Below are positions 9,669-18,265 of a stretch of DNA of 64,000 bases, one piece after another. The stretch is from an uncultured Fibrobacterota bacterium (GTDB taxonomy: Bacteria; Fibrobacterota; Chitinivibrionia; Chitinivibrionales; FEN-1185), in the NCBI GenBank assembly GCA_963753345.1, contig CAVWBU010000015.1, positions 120,203 through 184,202 of the forward strand. The letters run 5' to 3'. Numbering within the stretch: position 1 is the stretch's first letter; each line of letters starts with the position of its first letter. A model generated the notes under the pieces. That model saw nothing but the letters and a program-made list of their open reading frames with translations, searched no databases and was not told the origin of the DNA. Position numbers and translations under genes: made by a program.

Positions 9669-10427
9669 TTGATGAAGAAGACGATGGTGATCTTGCTTGC
9701 ACTGTGTCTGCCCACTGCCGCTGCGCCCACCATAGCCAGCCTGCTCGAAAAAATCGAGGCAAGCCACAAGATGATGTCCGACATTAAGGCCAGCGTCACG
9801 CTCACGCAGCAGAAGTCCAACCAGGGGATCAAGCAGTTCAACGTGTTGTATTACCGCCGCGACGCCGACGATTCATATTTGATCATCATGACCGCACCGG
9901 AATCCGATAAGGGTAATGGCTACCTGCGCGTCGGCGACAATTTCTGGATGTACCGCGCAAACACCCGCACGTTCCAGCCTATCAACAGGGACGAGGGCAT
10001 TGCCGGCTCGAACGCCAAGGGTGAGGATTTCGAGCGCCGGCCGGTCACCGAATTGTACGAGGCGCTCAAGGATTCGTCGGGAAGGGAAACCGTGACCGAA
10101 GAGAAACTGGGCCAGATTCCCGTGTACGCGTTCGAGGTCAAGGCAAAGGTGAATGACGTGGACTATCCCAGAAAAAAATTCTGGGTACGCGTCGACAATG
10201 CGTTCGTGCTCAAGGAGGAAGACTATTCGTCGTCGGGTACGCTCATGCAGACCGCTCGCTGTCTCAAGTACTCGATAATCAAAGGCCGTTGTATTCCGGT
10301 GGTGCAGGTGTACGTTGACGAATTCGAAAAAGGCAACATGACCAAGGTGGAAATCCGCGGTGTTTCCACGAAAAACCTCGATCGCCGTATATTTACAAAG
10401 GCGTATCTCGAAGACTTGAGCAAGTGA
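9669..10427 (+). CDS. Outer-membrane lipoprotein-sorting (LolA-like) periplasmic protein
   Basis: Signal peptide, APESDKGNGYL..DNFWMY, C-terminal IFTKAYLE; in an operon with LolDE-like ABC genes. Confidence 0.75.
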   Translation: MMKKTMVILLALCLPTAAAPTIASLLEKIEASHKMMSDIKASVTLTQQKSNQGIKQFNVLYYRRDADDSYLIIMTAPESDKGNGYLRVGDNFWMYRANTRTFQPINRDEGIAGSNAKGEDFERRPVTELYEALKDSSGRETVTEEKLGQIPVYAFEVKAKVNDVDYPRKKFWVRVDNAFVLKEEDYSSSGTLMQTARCLKYSIIKGRCIPVVQVYVDEFEKGNMTKVEIRGVSTKNLDRRIFTKAYLEDLSK

Positions 10428-10591
10428 AAGCGTGTATTGGTGAACGCCTGAATCACCAAGCAGCATTTCGCCGGGGAGACATGCAGTGCACGGAGAAGAG
10501 ATTCGGGCGTTGACAGTTGACGGTTGACGGCAAATCACCGACGTTTGAAAAAAGGTTTAAGCATTTCAATCTGTAATCTGGACTTTGGAAT

Positions 10592-11338
10592 ATGAATTTG
10601 TTTGACATTCTTGTCATCGCCCAGCTTTCCCTTGCCGCCATTGTCTTCATGTTCCTCATGTTTATCAACGCTCCCTACGGTCGGTACGTTCGGAAAGGGT
10701 GGGGGCCGGCAATTCCGGCCCGGTTCGCATGGATGACCATGGAATTCCCCGCATTCTTTGTGATTGCATTTCTGGTCATTGCGAATGCGGAAAAGGCTGG
10801 ATTATTCGGCGTCCTGTTTCTTTTGATGTGGGAAGCGCATTATGTGTATCGCGTCTGGATATATCCGTTCTTAATCTCGTCTCCGAAAAAGCCGTTTCCG
10901 CTCGTGCTCGTGTTTTTTGCCATCTGTTTCAATACACTCAACGGCACCATAAATGGGGGCAGCCTCGTCGACATGGGCGCGTGGTACACGGCGCACCGGT
11001 GGGCCCTTGATCTTCACATGATTGTCGGATGTATTATGTTCGTTGCCGGGTTCGTCATTCATGCCCATTCCGATACACTGCTCCGGCATCTTCAACGCGG
11101 AGAATATGTCGTGCCTGGCGGCGGAATGTTCCGCTTTGTGTCAAGTCCGAATTACTTTGGAGAAATGGTCGAATGGACCGGATGGGCCGTGGCCACATGG
11201 TCTGTGGCGGGCCTGGCGTTTGCTGTCTTCACAATTGCGAACCTGCTACCCCGAGCGGTGAGCAATCACCGCTGGTATCAAAAAACCTTTTCGGAATATC
11301 CGGCCGATCGCAAAATCCTCATCCCGTTTCTCTGGTGA
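10592..11338 (+). CDS. 3-oxo-5-alpha-steroid 4-dehydrogenase (steroid 5-alpha reductase) family membrane protein
   Basis: APYGRY, AWMTME, PNYFGEMVEW, NLLPRAVSNHRWY, RKILIPF. Confidence 0.85.
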   Translation: MNLFDILVIAQLSLAAIVFMFLMFINAPYGRYVRKGWGPAIPARFAWMTMEFPAFFVIAFLVIANAEKAGLFGVLFLLMWEAHYVYRVWIYPFLISSPKKPFPLVLVFFAICFNTLNGTINGGSLVDMGAWYTAHRWALDLHMIVGCIMFVAGFVIHAHSDTLLRHLQRGEYVVPGGGMFRFVSSPNYFGEMVEWTGWAVATWSVAGLAFAVFTIANLLPRAVSNHRWYQKTFSEYPADRKILIPFLW

Positions 11339-11356
11339 CGTGCCGAAAGGCCCGAC

Positions 11357-13867
11357 ATGCAACTGCCGATTTACAATTGCGCCAGCGACATTCTCGCGGC
11401 TTTGCGGGACAAGAAGCGCCTCATTGTTCGTGCACCCACCGGCTCGGGCAAGTCGACGCAGGTGCCGCAGATGATGTTGGATTCCGGGCTTTTCGACGGC
11501 CAGATCCTCGTATTGCAGCCGCGCAGGCTCGCTGCGCGCATGCTCGCGGCCCGCGTGGCCGAGGAACGGGGGAGCACCCTTGGCGCGGAGATCGGGTTCC
11601 AGACGCGGTTCGAGACGCTCGTGTCTCCGGAAACGCGCGTGCGATTCATCACCGAGGGGATCCTTCCGAGGATGCTCCTGTCGAACAGGAGTCTTTCAGG
11701 CGTGTCGGCCGTGGTGTTCGACGAATTCCACGAGCGAAGCCTTGCCACCGACGTCGGGCTTGCGCTTGCAAAGAACCTGCAGGCGTCATTACGGCCCGAT
11801 CTTTTCATCGCGGTAATGTCGGCTACCATGGACGTCTTGCCGGTTGCCGCCTTCCTGGGAAGTCCGGCGGTCGTCGAATCCGCGGGCCGCGTATTCCCCA
11901 TAGACATCCGCTATTCATCGTCGATGCCGTCTGTAAAGACGCCGGTATGGGATATGGCCGCGTCCGCCGCCTCAAGTCTCATCGCGGCCGGCGCAGAAGG
12001 CGACATTCTTGTTTTCATGCCGGGCGCGTACGAGATCCGACGGACCGTGGAGGCAATCGGCCGGAGCGTGCGGTCGGAGAGCGCTGCGGTCATGCCGCTG
12101 TACGGCGATCTCCCCGCAGACCGCCAGCACTTGGTGATGGAACACTTGACACGAAGGAAGATCATCGTTGCCACGAACATCGCGGAAACGTCGCTTACCA
12201 TTCCGGGCGTGCGGCACGTCATCGACAGCGGGCTTGCTCGAATCAGCCGGCATGATCCCGGCCGCGGGTTCAATACGCTTTTCACCGAGCCGATAAGCAT
12301 GGATTCCGCTGACCAGCGCGCGGGCCGCGCGGGTCGCGAGGCGCCGGGCATATGCGTGCGGTTGTGGACGCAGGCGTATCAGGCGGGCCGGCCGCGGCGA
12401 TCCGCGCCGGAGGTGGGGAGGGTTGATCTTGCGGAGACAGTCCTTCACCTTCGGATGACCGGCTATGGTTCGCCGCAGGAATTTCTCTGGTTTGAGAAAC
12501 CGCCCGAAGCCGCGCTGCAAGCGGCAAACGAACTGCTCGCACTTCTCGGGGCTTTCGATTCTTCCGGAGAAGTCACCGGTCTCGGAAGAGAAATGTCCGA
12601 GTTTCCCATGCATCCGAGGCTTTCGCGGCTGCTTCTTGAGGCGGGCAGACGGGGAGCGTCTCTGCTCGCGTCGTTTGCCGCCGCGCTCCTGTCGGAGCGT
12701 TCCGCGCTGGCCGGCAAGCCCGAGTATCCCGAGGAAGCGCACCGCCACGAGATCGCTTCCGACTTTTACGGACAGTACTGTCTTTTTGAAAAGGTCCGGC
12801 AGAGCTCTTTTGATCCGGCGATGTGTGCGAGGTATGCGGTAAACGCCGGGGCGGCGCGAAACATCCTGCGCACACAGGCCCTTTTTCTCCAGATGTGCAG
12901 GCGCAAGGGTCTGCATACGAGGGAGGCGGCCGACGCGCCGCTCGCGCTTGCGGAAAGCCTGCTTCTTGCGTATCCGGATCACCTTGCAGTCCGTAAAGAC
13001 AAAGGGACGCTCATCTGCAGGCTGCGCGAGGGTCGGCACGGCGAGCTTGCGAAAGACAGCCTTGCCCGCAGCGCTGAGTTCTTGGTTGCGGCCGAGATCC
13101 GCGAAACCAAGGACCGCAAGCAGCAGCGCGCGACCGTTCTCTCGCTCGCCACCGAAATCCAGAGGGAATGGCTCACGACTCATTTTGCGGATAGGATGCG
13201 CGAGGATTCGGGCCTCGAATGGGACCCGGCAACTCAGTCCGTGGAACAGCGCGAGCGGGCATGGTGCCTCGATGTGTTGATAGATGAGAAAATGGTGCCG
13301 GTTGCCGATCCGGCCGCTGCCGGAGATCTGCTCGCGCATACCATTATTGAAAGGAATATGCCGTTGTCGAGCTGGAACAGTGAGGCTGATGATTTTGTCA
13401 ACCGGGTCCGCTGGGTCGCCGAGAAGCTGCCGAACGAGGCATTGCCGCTCTTTGCAGAAGAAGACCGTAAGCTGGTGATTCACGCATTGTGCGAAGGGGA
13501 GCGACGGTACGAAAAAGTTAAGGACAAGCCTGTGTTGCCGTTTCTTTTGGAACTGTTGAGCGCAAAGCAACGGGGGCTGCTTGATTCATTCGCTCCGGCC
13601 GAGATAGAACTTCCCTCTGGCCGGCGCATGAGAATAACGTACGGGCCCGGAAAGCAGCCGCGCGGCCGCACGCGCATCCAGGACCTTTACGGAATGCGAA
13701 GCACCCCGGCCGTGGGCAACGGGAACGTGCCGGTCCTCATTGAAATTCTCGCGCCAAGCAACCGCCCCGTCCAGGTCACCGACGATCTGGAGAGTTTCTG
13801 GAAAGTCCATTACCCGGAAATCAAGAAGACTTTGTCAAGAAGGTATCCGAAGCATGAGTGGCGATAA
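11357..13867 (+). CDS. hrpB: ATP-dependent RNA helicase HrpB
   Basis: APTGSGKST, DEFH, MSAT, ATNIAETSLTI, QRAGRAGR and C-terminal RYPKHEW. Confidence 0.95.
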   Translation: MQLPIYNCASDILAALRDKKRLIVRAPTGSGKSTQVPQMMLDSGLFDGQILVLQPRRLAARMLAARVAEERGSTLGAEIGFQTRFETLVSPETRVRFITEGILPRMLLSNRSLSGVSAVVFDEFHERSLATDVGLALAKNLQASLRPDLFIAVMSATMDVLPVAAFLGSPAVVESAGRVFPIDIRYSSSMPSVKTPVWDMAASAASSLIAAGAEGDILVFMPGAYEIRRTVEAIGRSVRSESAAVMPLYGDLPADRQHLVMEHLTRRKIIVATNIAETSLTIPGVRHVIDSGLARISRHDPGRGFNTLFTEPISMDSADQRAGRAGREAPGICVRLWTQAYQAGRPRRSAPEVGRVDLAETVLHLRMTGYGSPQEFLWFEKPPEAALQAANELLALLGAFDSSGEVTGLGREMSEFPMHPRLSRLLLEAGRRGASLLASFAAALLSERSALAGKPEYPEEAHRHEIASDFYGQYCLFEKVRQSSFDPAMCARYAVNAGAARNILRTQALFLQMCRRKGLHTREAADAPLALAESLLLAYPDHLAVRKDKGTLICRLREGRHGELAKDSLARSAEFLVAAEIRETKDRKQQRATVLSLATEIQREWLTTHFADRMREDSGLEWDPATQSVEQRERAWCLDVLIDEKMVPVADPAAAGDLLAHTIIERNMPLSSWNSEADDFVNRVRWVAEKLPNEALPLFAEEDRKLVIHALCEGERRYEKVKDKPVLPFLLELLSAKQRGLLDSFAPAEIELPSGRRMRITYGPGKQPRGRTRIQDLYGMRSTPAVGNGNVPVLIEILAPSNRPVQVTDDLESFWKVHYPEIKKTLSRRYPKHEWR

Positions 13868-13894
13868 AGAGTTTCAATAATACTTAGAAAAAAT

Positions 13895-14080
13895 TGGGCG
13901 TTCCCCCAAATGCTCGCACGCATCGTGGTGCGTGCATTTGGGGTCGGTCTCCCTTCGGGCTCGGCCTTCGGCCTCGTTGCCGCTTGTCCCTACCGCCTTC
14001 GGCTAGGGATCACGCGGCAATTCGCTCTAGCTCATCCTCCGGTCCACCTAACGCGCGGCAACGGAATTCTATTAAGTCAA
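13895..14080 (+). repeat. Structured intergenic repeat family 1, copy B
   Basis: Aligns with copies A, C and D; contains several cTTCGg hairpins. Confidence 0.85.
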
Positions 14081-14163
14081 TCATTTTGTCTGGCGCCAAT
14101 CGGCATCCACAATATATCAGTAAGGATTTTTCTTGCATTTTCTACTTTTCAACTACTCTCCGT

Positions 14164-14312
14164 GGGTGCCCCCCAACCGAAGCATCTTTCTTGCAAATAA
14201 ACTTCCTTGGGGGCCACCCAGGAGGGGGTAGCGGAGGACCGGCCGCGTTATTGTAGGTTTGGACAATTGAAAAATGCGGCCGGGCCGGAGCGAGGGGGAA
14301 ACTTCCCCCTCC
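14164..14312 (+). repeat. Structured intergenic repeat family 2, copy 1
   Basis: GGGTGCCCC..GGGGCCACCC-AGGAGGGGGTAGCGGAGGAC..GGCCGGAGCGAGGGGGAAACTTCCCCC, shared with copies at 18028, 40335 and 60886. Confidence 0.85.
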
Positions 14313-14325
14313 TAGAGGTATTCTA

Positions 14326-15195
14326 TTAAGGAATTACTTTATTCACCGGATACTCAACAATTCCGGTCGCGCCGGCGCGCTTGAGCAGGGGAATGATCTT
14401 CTTGATCTCGTCCACGCGGATCACGGTCTCCACGGCGCACCATTTCGCATCCGACAAGTTCGAAACCGTGGGGTTGTGCAGGGCGGGAAGAACCGTAAGC
14501 ACGCGGCTGAGAGCCGATTTCTGGACGTTGCACTTGAGACCGGCGTAGTTTTCCGCGTTGAGTGTGCCCTGAAGCAGGATGGTGATATTTTCCAGCTTCC
14601 GCCGCTTCGCCTCGTTTTCCCATGAGCTTTTGTTCGCGATGAGAATGGTCATGGTCTCCATGAGAACGTCGATCACGCGGAGGCGGTTGGCGCGCAGCGA
14701 GGAACCGGTTTCGGTGATGTCGACAATGGCGTCGACAAGACGCGGCGGCTTTACTTCCGTGGCGCCCCAGGAAAACTCGACGTCGACCGGGATTTTTTTC
14801 GCCCGGAAGTACCGTTTCGTGGTTGAAACCAGCTCGGTTGCAATGCGTTTGCCCTTGAGATCGGACGGTTTCCTGAAAGGCGAGTTTTCCGATACGGCAA
14901 GGACCCATTTGCACCGCTGGCGAGACGACTTGGAATACTCGAGCTCGCACACGCGCACCACTTTCGCATTGTTCTCAATTGTCCAGTCGAGGCCGGTAAT
15001 TCCCGCGTCCAGGATCCCCTGTTCCACGTAACGAGGTATCTCCTGCGGCCGCATGAGGATCAGGTCGAGCTCCGGGTCGTCGGACGCCGGGAAATATGAT
15101 CGCTCGTCGGCACGGATGTGAATGTCCGCCTTCTGGAACAGCTCGATGGTCGGGACTTGCAGGCTTCCCTTGGGGAGGCCGAGGGTGAGTTTCAT
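14326..15195 (-). CDS. hisG: ATP phosphoribosyltransferase (long form)
   Basis: [40 protein letters not shown] and a C-terminal regulatory domain. Start set at ATG 15195. Confidence 0.95.
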   Translation of the reverse strand: MKLTLGLPKGSLQVPTIELFQKADIHIRADERSYFPASDDPELDLILMRPQEIPRYVEQGILDAGITGLDWTIENNAKVVRVCELEYSKSSRQRCKWVLAVSENSPFRKPSDLKGKRIATELVSTTKRYFRAKKIPVDVEFSWGATEVKPPRLVDAIVDITETGSSLRANRLRVIDVLMETMTILIANKSSWENEAKRRKLENITILLQGTLNAENYAGLKCNVQKSALSRVLTVLPALHNPTVSNLSDAKWCAVETVIRVDEIKKIIPLLKRAGATGIVEYPVNKVIP

Positions 15196-15217
15196 AACGA
15201 AATCCTTGAAAAAGTGA

Positions 15218-15310
15218 ATGCGCGAATGCGTATATGCGTGGATGCGAGGGAGAATGAAAACTGACCGTGAACCTGCGTTTTCCGCATCAACGCATCTACG
15301 CATACACGAT
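15218..15310. repeat. Phased 8-bp inverted array (ATGCGnnn)4 ... (CGCATnnn)3-4
   Basis: ATGCG at 15218, 15226, 15234 and 15242; CGCAT at 15283, 15291 and 15299. Confidence 0.75.
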
Positions 15311-15312
15311 TT

Positions 15313-16515
15313 TTATTTTCCCAATTGTTCCTTAAACGCCTTTGTCAGCGCCGGAAGAATTTCCAGGGCATCGCCCACGATGCCGAGATTGGCGATCTGA
15401 AAAATGTCGGCTGCCGGGTCTTTGTTGATGGCGATGATATAATCGGCCGACTGCATGCCCGCCATGTGCTGCACCGATCCGGAAATGCCGCACGCAACGT
15501 ACAGTTTCGGACACACGGTCTTTCCCGTTTGTCCAACCTGGTGGGAATAGGGGACCCAGCCGGCGTCGACTGCGGCGCGGCTTGCGCCGACCGCACCGCC
15601 AAGCACGGACGCGAGATCGAACAAAAGCTGCATGTTCTTCGGGTCCTGCATGCCGCGGCCTCCCGACACGATGATGTCGGCCTCGGTGATATTGACCGTT
15701 GAGGACGCTTCCTTCACAACATTCACAATAGTTGTTCGGATTGGAATGTCCGAATCCGCAACATCGACGACCGCGACTTCGCCGGTACGGCCATCGTCCT
15801 GCGCCGCCTGCTTCATTACCTTGTGCCGCACCGTTGCCATCTGCGGCCGGTGATGCGGGCAGACGATGGTCGCCATCAGGTTGCCGCCGAACGCAGGCCG
15901 CGTGCCCAAGAGCAGGCGCTTTTCCGCGTCCACTTCAAGCTTTGTGCAGTCGGCCGTGAGTCCGCCCCACACGCGCGCTGCCACTTTCGGGATAAAGGAG
16001 CGCCCGATCGCCGTGGCGCCTGCAAGCACAATGCCTGGTTTTTCCTTGTCGATATATTCCGCGAGGACCCGGCCGTAGCTGTCGTCGTGGAAATGCGCGA
16101 GCTTCGCAGCGTTGTAATACACCACACGGTCGGCGCCGAACTTGACAAGCGCGTTCGCCGCGAGGTGCATGTTGTTGCCGAGCAGCACGGCAACAAGCTT
16201 TTCACCGAGCCGGTCGGCCAGCTTTCTTCCTTCGCCAAGCATCTCGTACGACACACCCGCTATTGCGCCCTCGCGCTGCTCAACGAATACGGCCACGTTC
16301 TTGTATGCCGAAACGTCAACCGCCCGTGCCGATGCATCTTTCGCAATAGTAATGGCCTGATACTTCTTGCACGCTTCGACGCAGGCAGCGCAAAGGTTGC
16401 ACGTTGCCTCGTCGATCACGGCTTTCTTGCCGGCAATCGTGATCGCGTTCTGACTGCATGCACGCACGCACAGCGAGCACCCGATGCATTTTTCAAGATC
16501 GACTCTTATGCCCAT
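15313..16515 (-). CDS. etfA: Electron transfer flavoprotein alpha subunit with N-terminal 2[4Fe-4S] ferredoxin domain
   Basis: Two CxxCxxCxxxC motifs, then TADCT, SGGRG, QVGQTGK, GISGSVQH and AINKD. Confidence 0.95.
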   Translation of the reverse strand: MGIRVDLEKCIGCSLCVRACSQNAITIAGKKAVIDEATCNLCAACVEACKKYQAITIAKDASARAVDVSAYKNVAVFVEQREGAIAGVSYEMLGEGRKLADRLGEKLVAVLLGNNMHLAANALVKFGADRVVYYNAAKLAHFHDDSYGRVLAEYIDKEKPGIVLAGATAIGRSFIPKVAARVWGGLTADCTKLEVDAEKRLLLGTRPAFGGNLMATIVCPHHRPQMATVRHKVMKQAAQDDGRTGEVAVVDVADSDIPIRTTIVNVVKEASSTVNITEADIIVSGGRGMQDPKNMQLLFDLASVLGGAVGASRAAVDAGWVPYSHQVGQTGKTVCPKLYVACGISGSVQHMAGMQSADYIIAINKDPAADIFQIANLGIVGDALEILPALTKAFKEQLGK

Positions 16516-16529
16516 CGGTCAAGGTTCCT

Positions 16530-17321
16530 TTACCGTAGTACGCCGAGATCGAGAATGACAGACTTGATCTTGTTAACCATAGCTGCAGTTTCTCCGCTCA
16601 CTTTTTCGCCGCCGCTCTTTCGCTGCGGGACAAACGACCGCAGCACCTGCGTGGGGCTGCCCTTGAGACCGATTTTCTCTCCATCGGGCTTGAGGGATTC
16701 GGCGTTAAGCACGGTCACCGCGGCTTTCTTTGCCCGCATCTTGCCTTTAAGCGAGGCCATGCGCGGTACGTTGATCTCCTTGACAACCGTGATAAGGCCT
16801 GGCAGCGGCATCTCAACGATCTCATAGCCGTCTTCCATCATCCGTTCAATACGTATTGTCGACTCCGAAATTTGCTCGACTCTTCTCACCCATGCGACAA
16901 ACGGGATCCCGAGCATCTCCGCGACGCCCGGTCCCACCTGGGCCGTGTCGCCGTCGATCGCCTGCTTTCCGCAGATGATGAGATCGATTTTACCGAGGGT
17001 CTTTATTGCCGTGGAAAGCGTGTATGATGTCGCCCAGGTGTCGGAACCGGCAAAGGCGCGGTCGGTCACCAGATACGCCTCGTCGGCGCCTAGCGCGATC
17101 GCGCTCTTGAGCGCCTCTTCCGCCTGCGGCGGGCCCATGGAGATCACCTTGACCGTTGCGCTGCCGAGCCGCTCCCTGATGCGCAGCGCTTCTTCAATCG
17201 CGTATTCGTCGAACGGATTCACCACGGCCTCAACCCCGTCGCGTATGAGCGTGCCGGTGTCCGGATTGATCTTTACCTGCGTGGTGCCGGGCACCTGCTT
17301 GATGCAAACGACGATATTCAC
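16530..17321 (-). CDS. etfB: Electron transfer flavoprotein beta subunit
   Basis: VCIKQVP, NPFDEYAIEEA, GKQAIDGDTAQVG. Confidence 0.96.
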   Translation of the reverse strand: MNIVVCIKQVPGTTQVKINPDTGTLIRDGVEAVVNPFDEYAIEEALRIRERLGSATVKVISMGPPQAEEALKSAIALGADEAYLVTDRAFAGSDTWATSYTLSTAIKTLGKIDLIICGKQAIDGDTAQVGPGVAEMLGIPFVAWVRRVEQISESTIRIERMMEDGYEIVEMPLPGLITVVKEINVPRMASLKGKMRAKKAAVTVLNAESLKPDGEKIGLKGSPTQVLRSFVPQRKSGGEKVSGETAAMVNKIKSVILDLGVLR

Positions 17322-17455
17322 GAAGATTGCTCCCCGACTTGCTATTTACAGATAATAATCATTCGGGCTGATGAAACAAACGTCAAAAATACTTGATGAG
17401 GGGATGAGAGGCAATGGCGGGTATGGTGAATTGCTTATTTGCTGTTTGGAACAAT

Positions 17456-17899
17456 TTATTTCACGTATAGCATTTCCTTCTTTCGCATCTTCTTTCTGTC
17501 CTTCTCCGTCTCGTGATCGTATCCCAGCAGATGAAACATTCCATGCACGAACAGCCGCTGCACTTCATTCGCATAGGTCACCTTGTATTCTTTTGCCTGT
17601 GCCACGGCCCTTTGCAAGGAAATGTAAATTTCGCCGAGCAGATCGGATTCGTCGTAGTTGAAGGACATCACGTCCGTGGCGCGGTCCTTGTGGCGGAACA
17701 TTGCGTTGAGCTTTTTGATGGCCCGGTCGGAACAGAGGATGACATGGGTCTTTTGAGTGAAAGAGATATGTTCGCGATTGCAAATGAGGCGAGCCGTGCT
17801 GATGATTGCATTCCTCGGGCAGGGGAGTGAGTCACACGCATGGAAAATGGCCACGGGATTGTGCAAGGCTCGTTTTCGTGATTTGATTTGTTGAGTCAT
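17456..17899 (-). CDS. ybeY: rRNA maturation endoribonuclease YbeY
   Basis: TDVMSF, LGEIYIS and HGMFHLLGYDH; start uncertain. Confidence 0.93.
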   Translation of the reverse strand: MTQQIKSRKRALHNPVAIFHACDSLPCPRNAIISTARLICNREHISFTQKTHVILCSDRAIKKLNAMFRHKDRATDVMSFNYDESDLLGEIYISLQRAVAQAKEYKVTYANEVQRLFVHGMFHLLGYDHETEKDRKKMRKKEMLYVK

Positions 17900-18027
17900 G
17901 AAGACGGGTCTCTTTGATATTGGATAGGTATGAATATACGTCACATTATTGGTGTTCTTCTAGCCTGATCCCATGCATTTCAACGGCGTTCCTCCTTCAT
18001 ACGAGACTTTTTTCAACTATCGCTCGT

Positions 18028-18134
18028 GGGTGCCGCCACAACAATGCATGGTCTTGCAGCTACTTTGTCAAGGCGGTCACCCTGGAGGGGGTAGCGGAGG
18101 ACCGCAGGGCCGGAGCGAGGGGGAAACTTCCCCC
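18028..18134 (+). repeat. Structured intergenic repeat family 2, copy 2 (minimal form)
   Basis: Same conserved blocks as copy 1; the first stem shows a compensatory CGCC/GGCG change. Confidence 0.85.
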
Positions 18135-18265
18135 GCTTAAAAGTGTTTTCTATCATTGGCAAAAATCATTAGCGGATTCACAAACGTACACACCGAACCG
18201 CCCCGGCCAAACGGCTAAATAGTATTTTGATTCCACAAACATTCTCATCGGAGCAGGTTAGCTCA

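Noticed and set aside
13895-14312. CRISPR array or guide/spacer array interpretation of the repeats
   Set aside because: Copies are dispersed rather than tandem, the variable loops are mutually homologous, and no cas genes are present.
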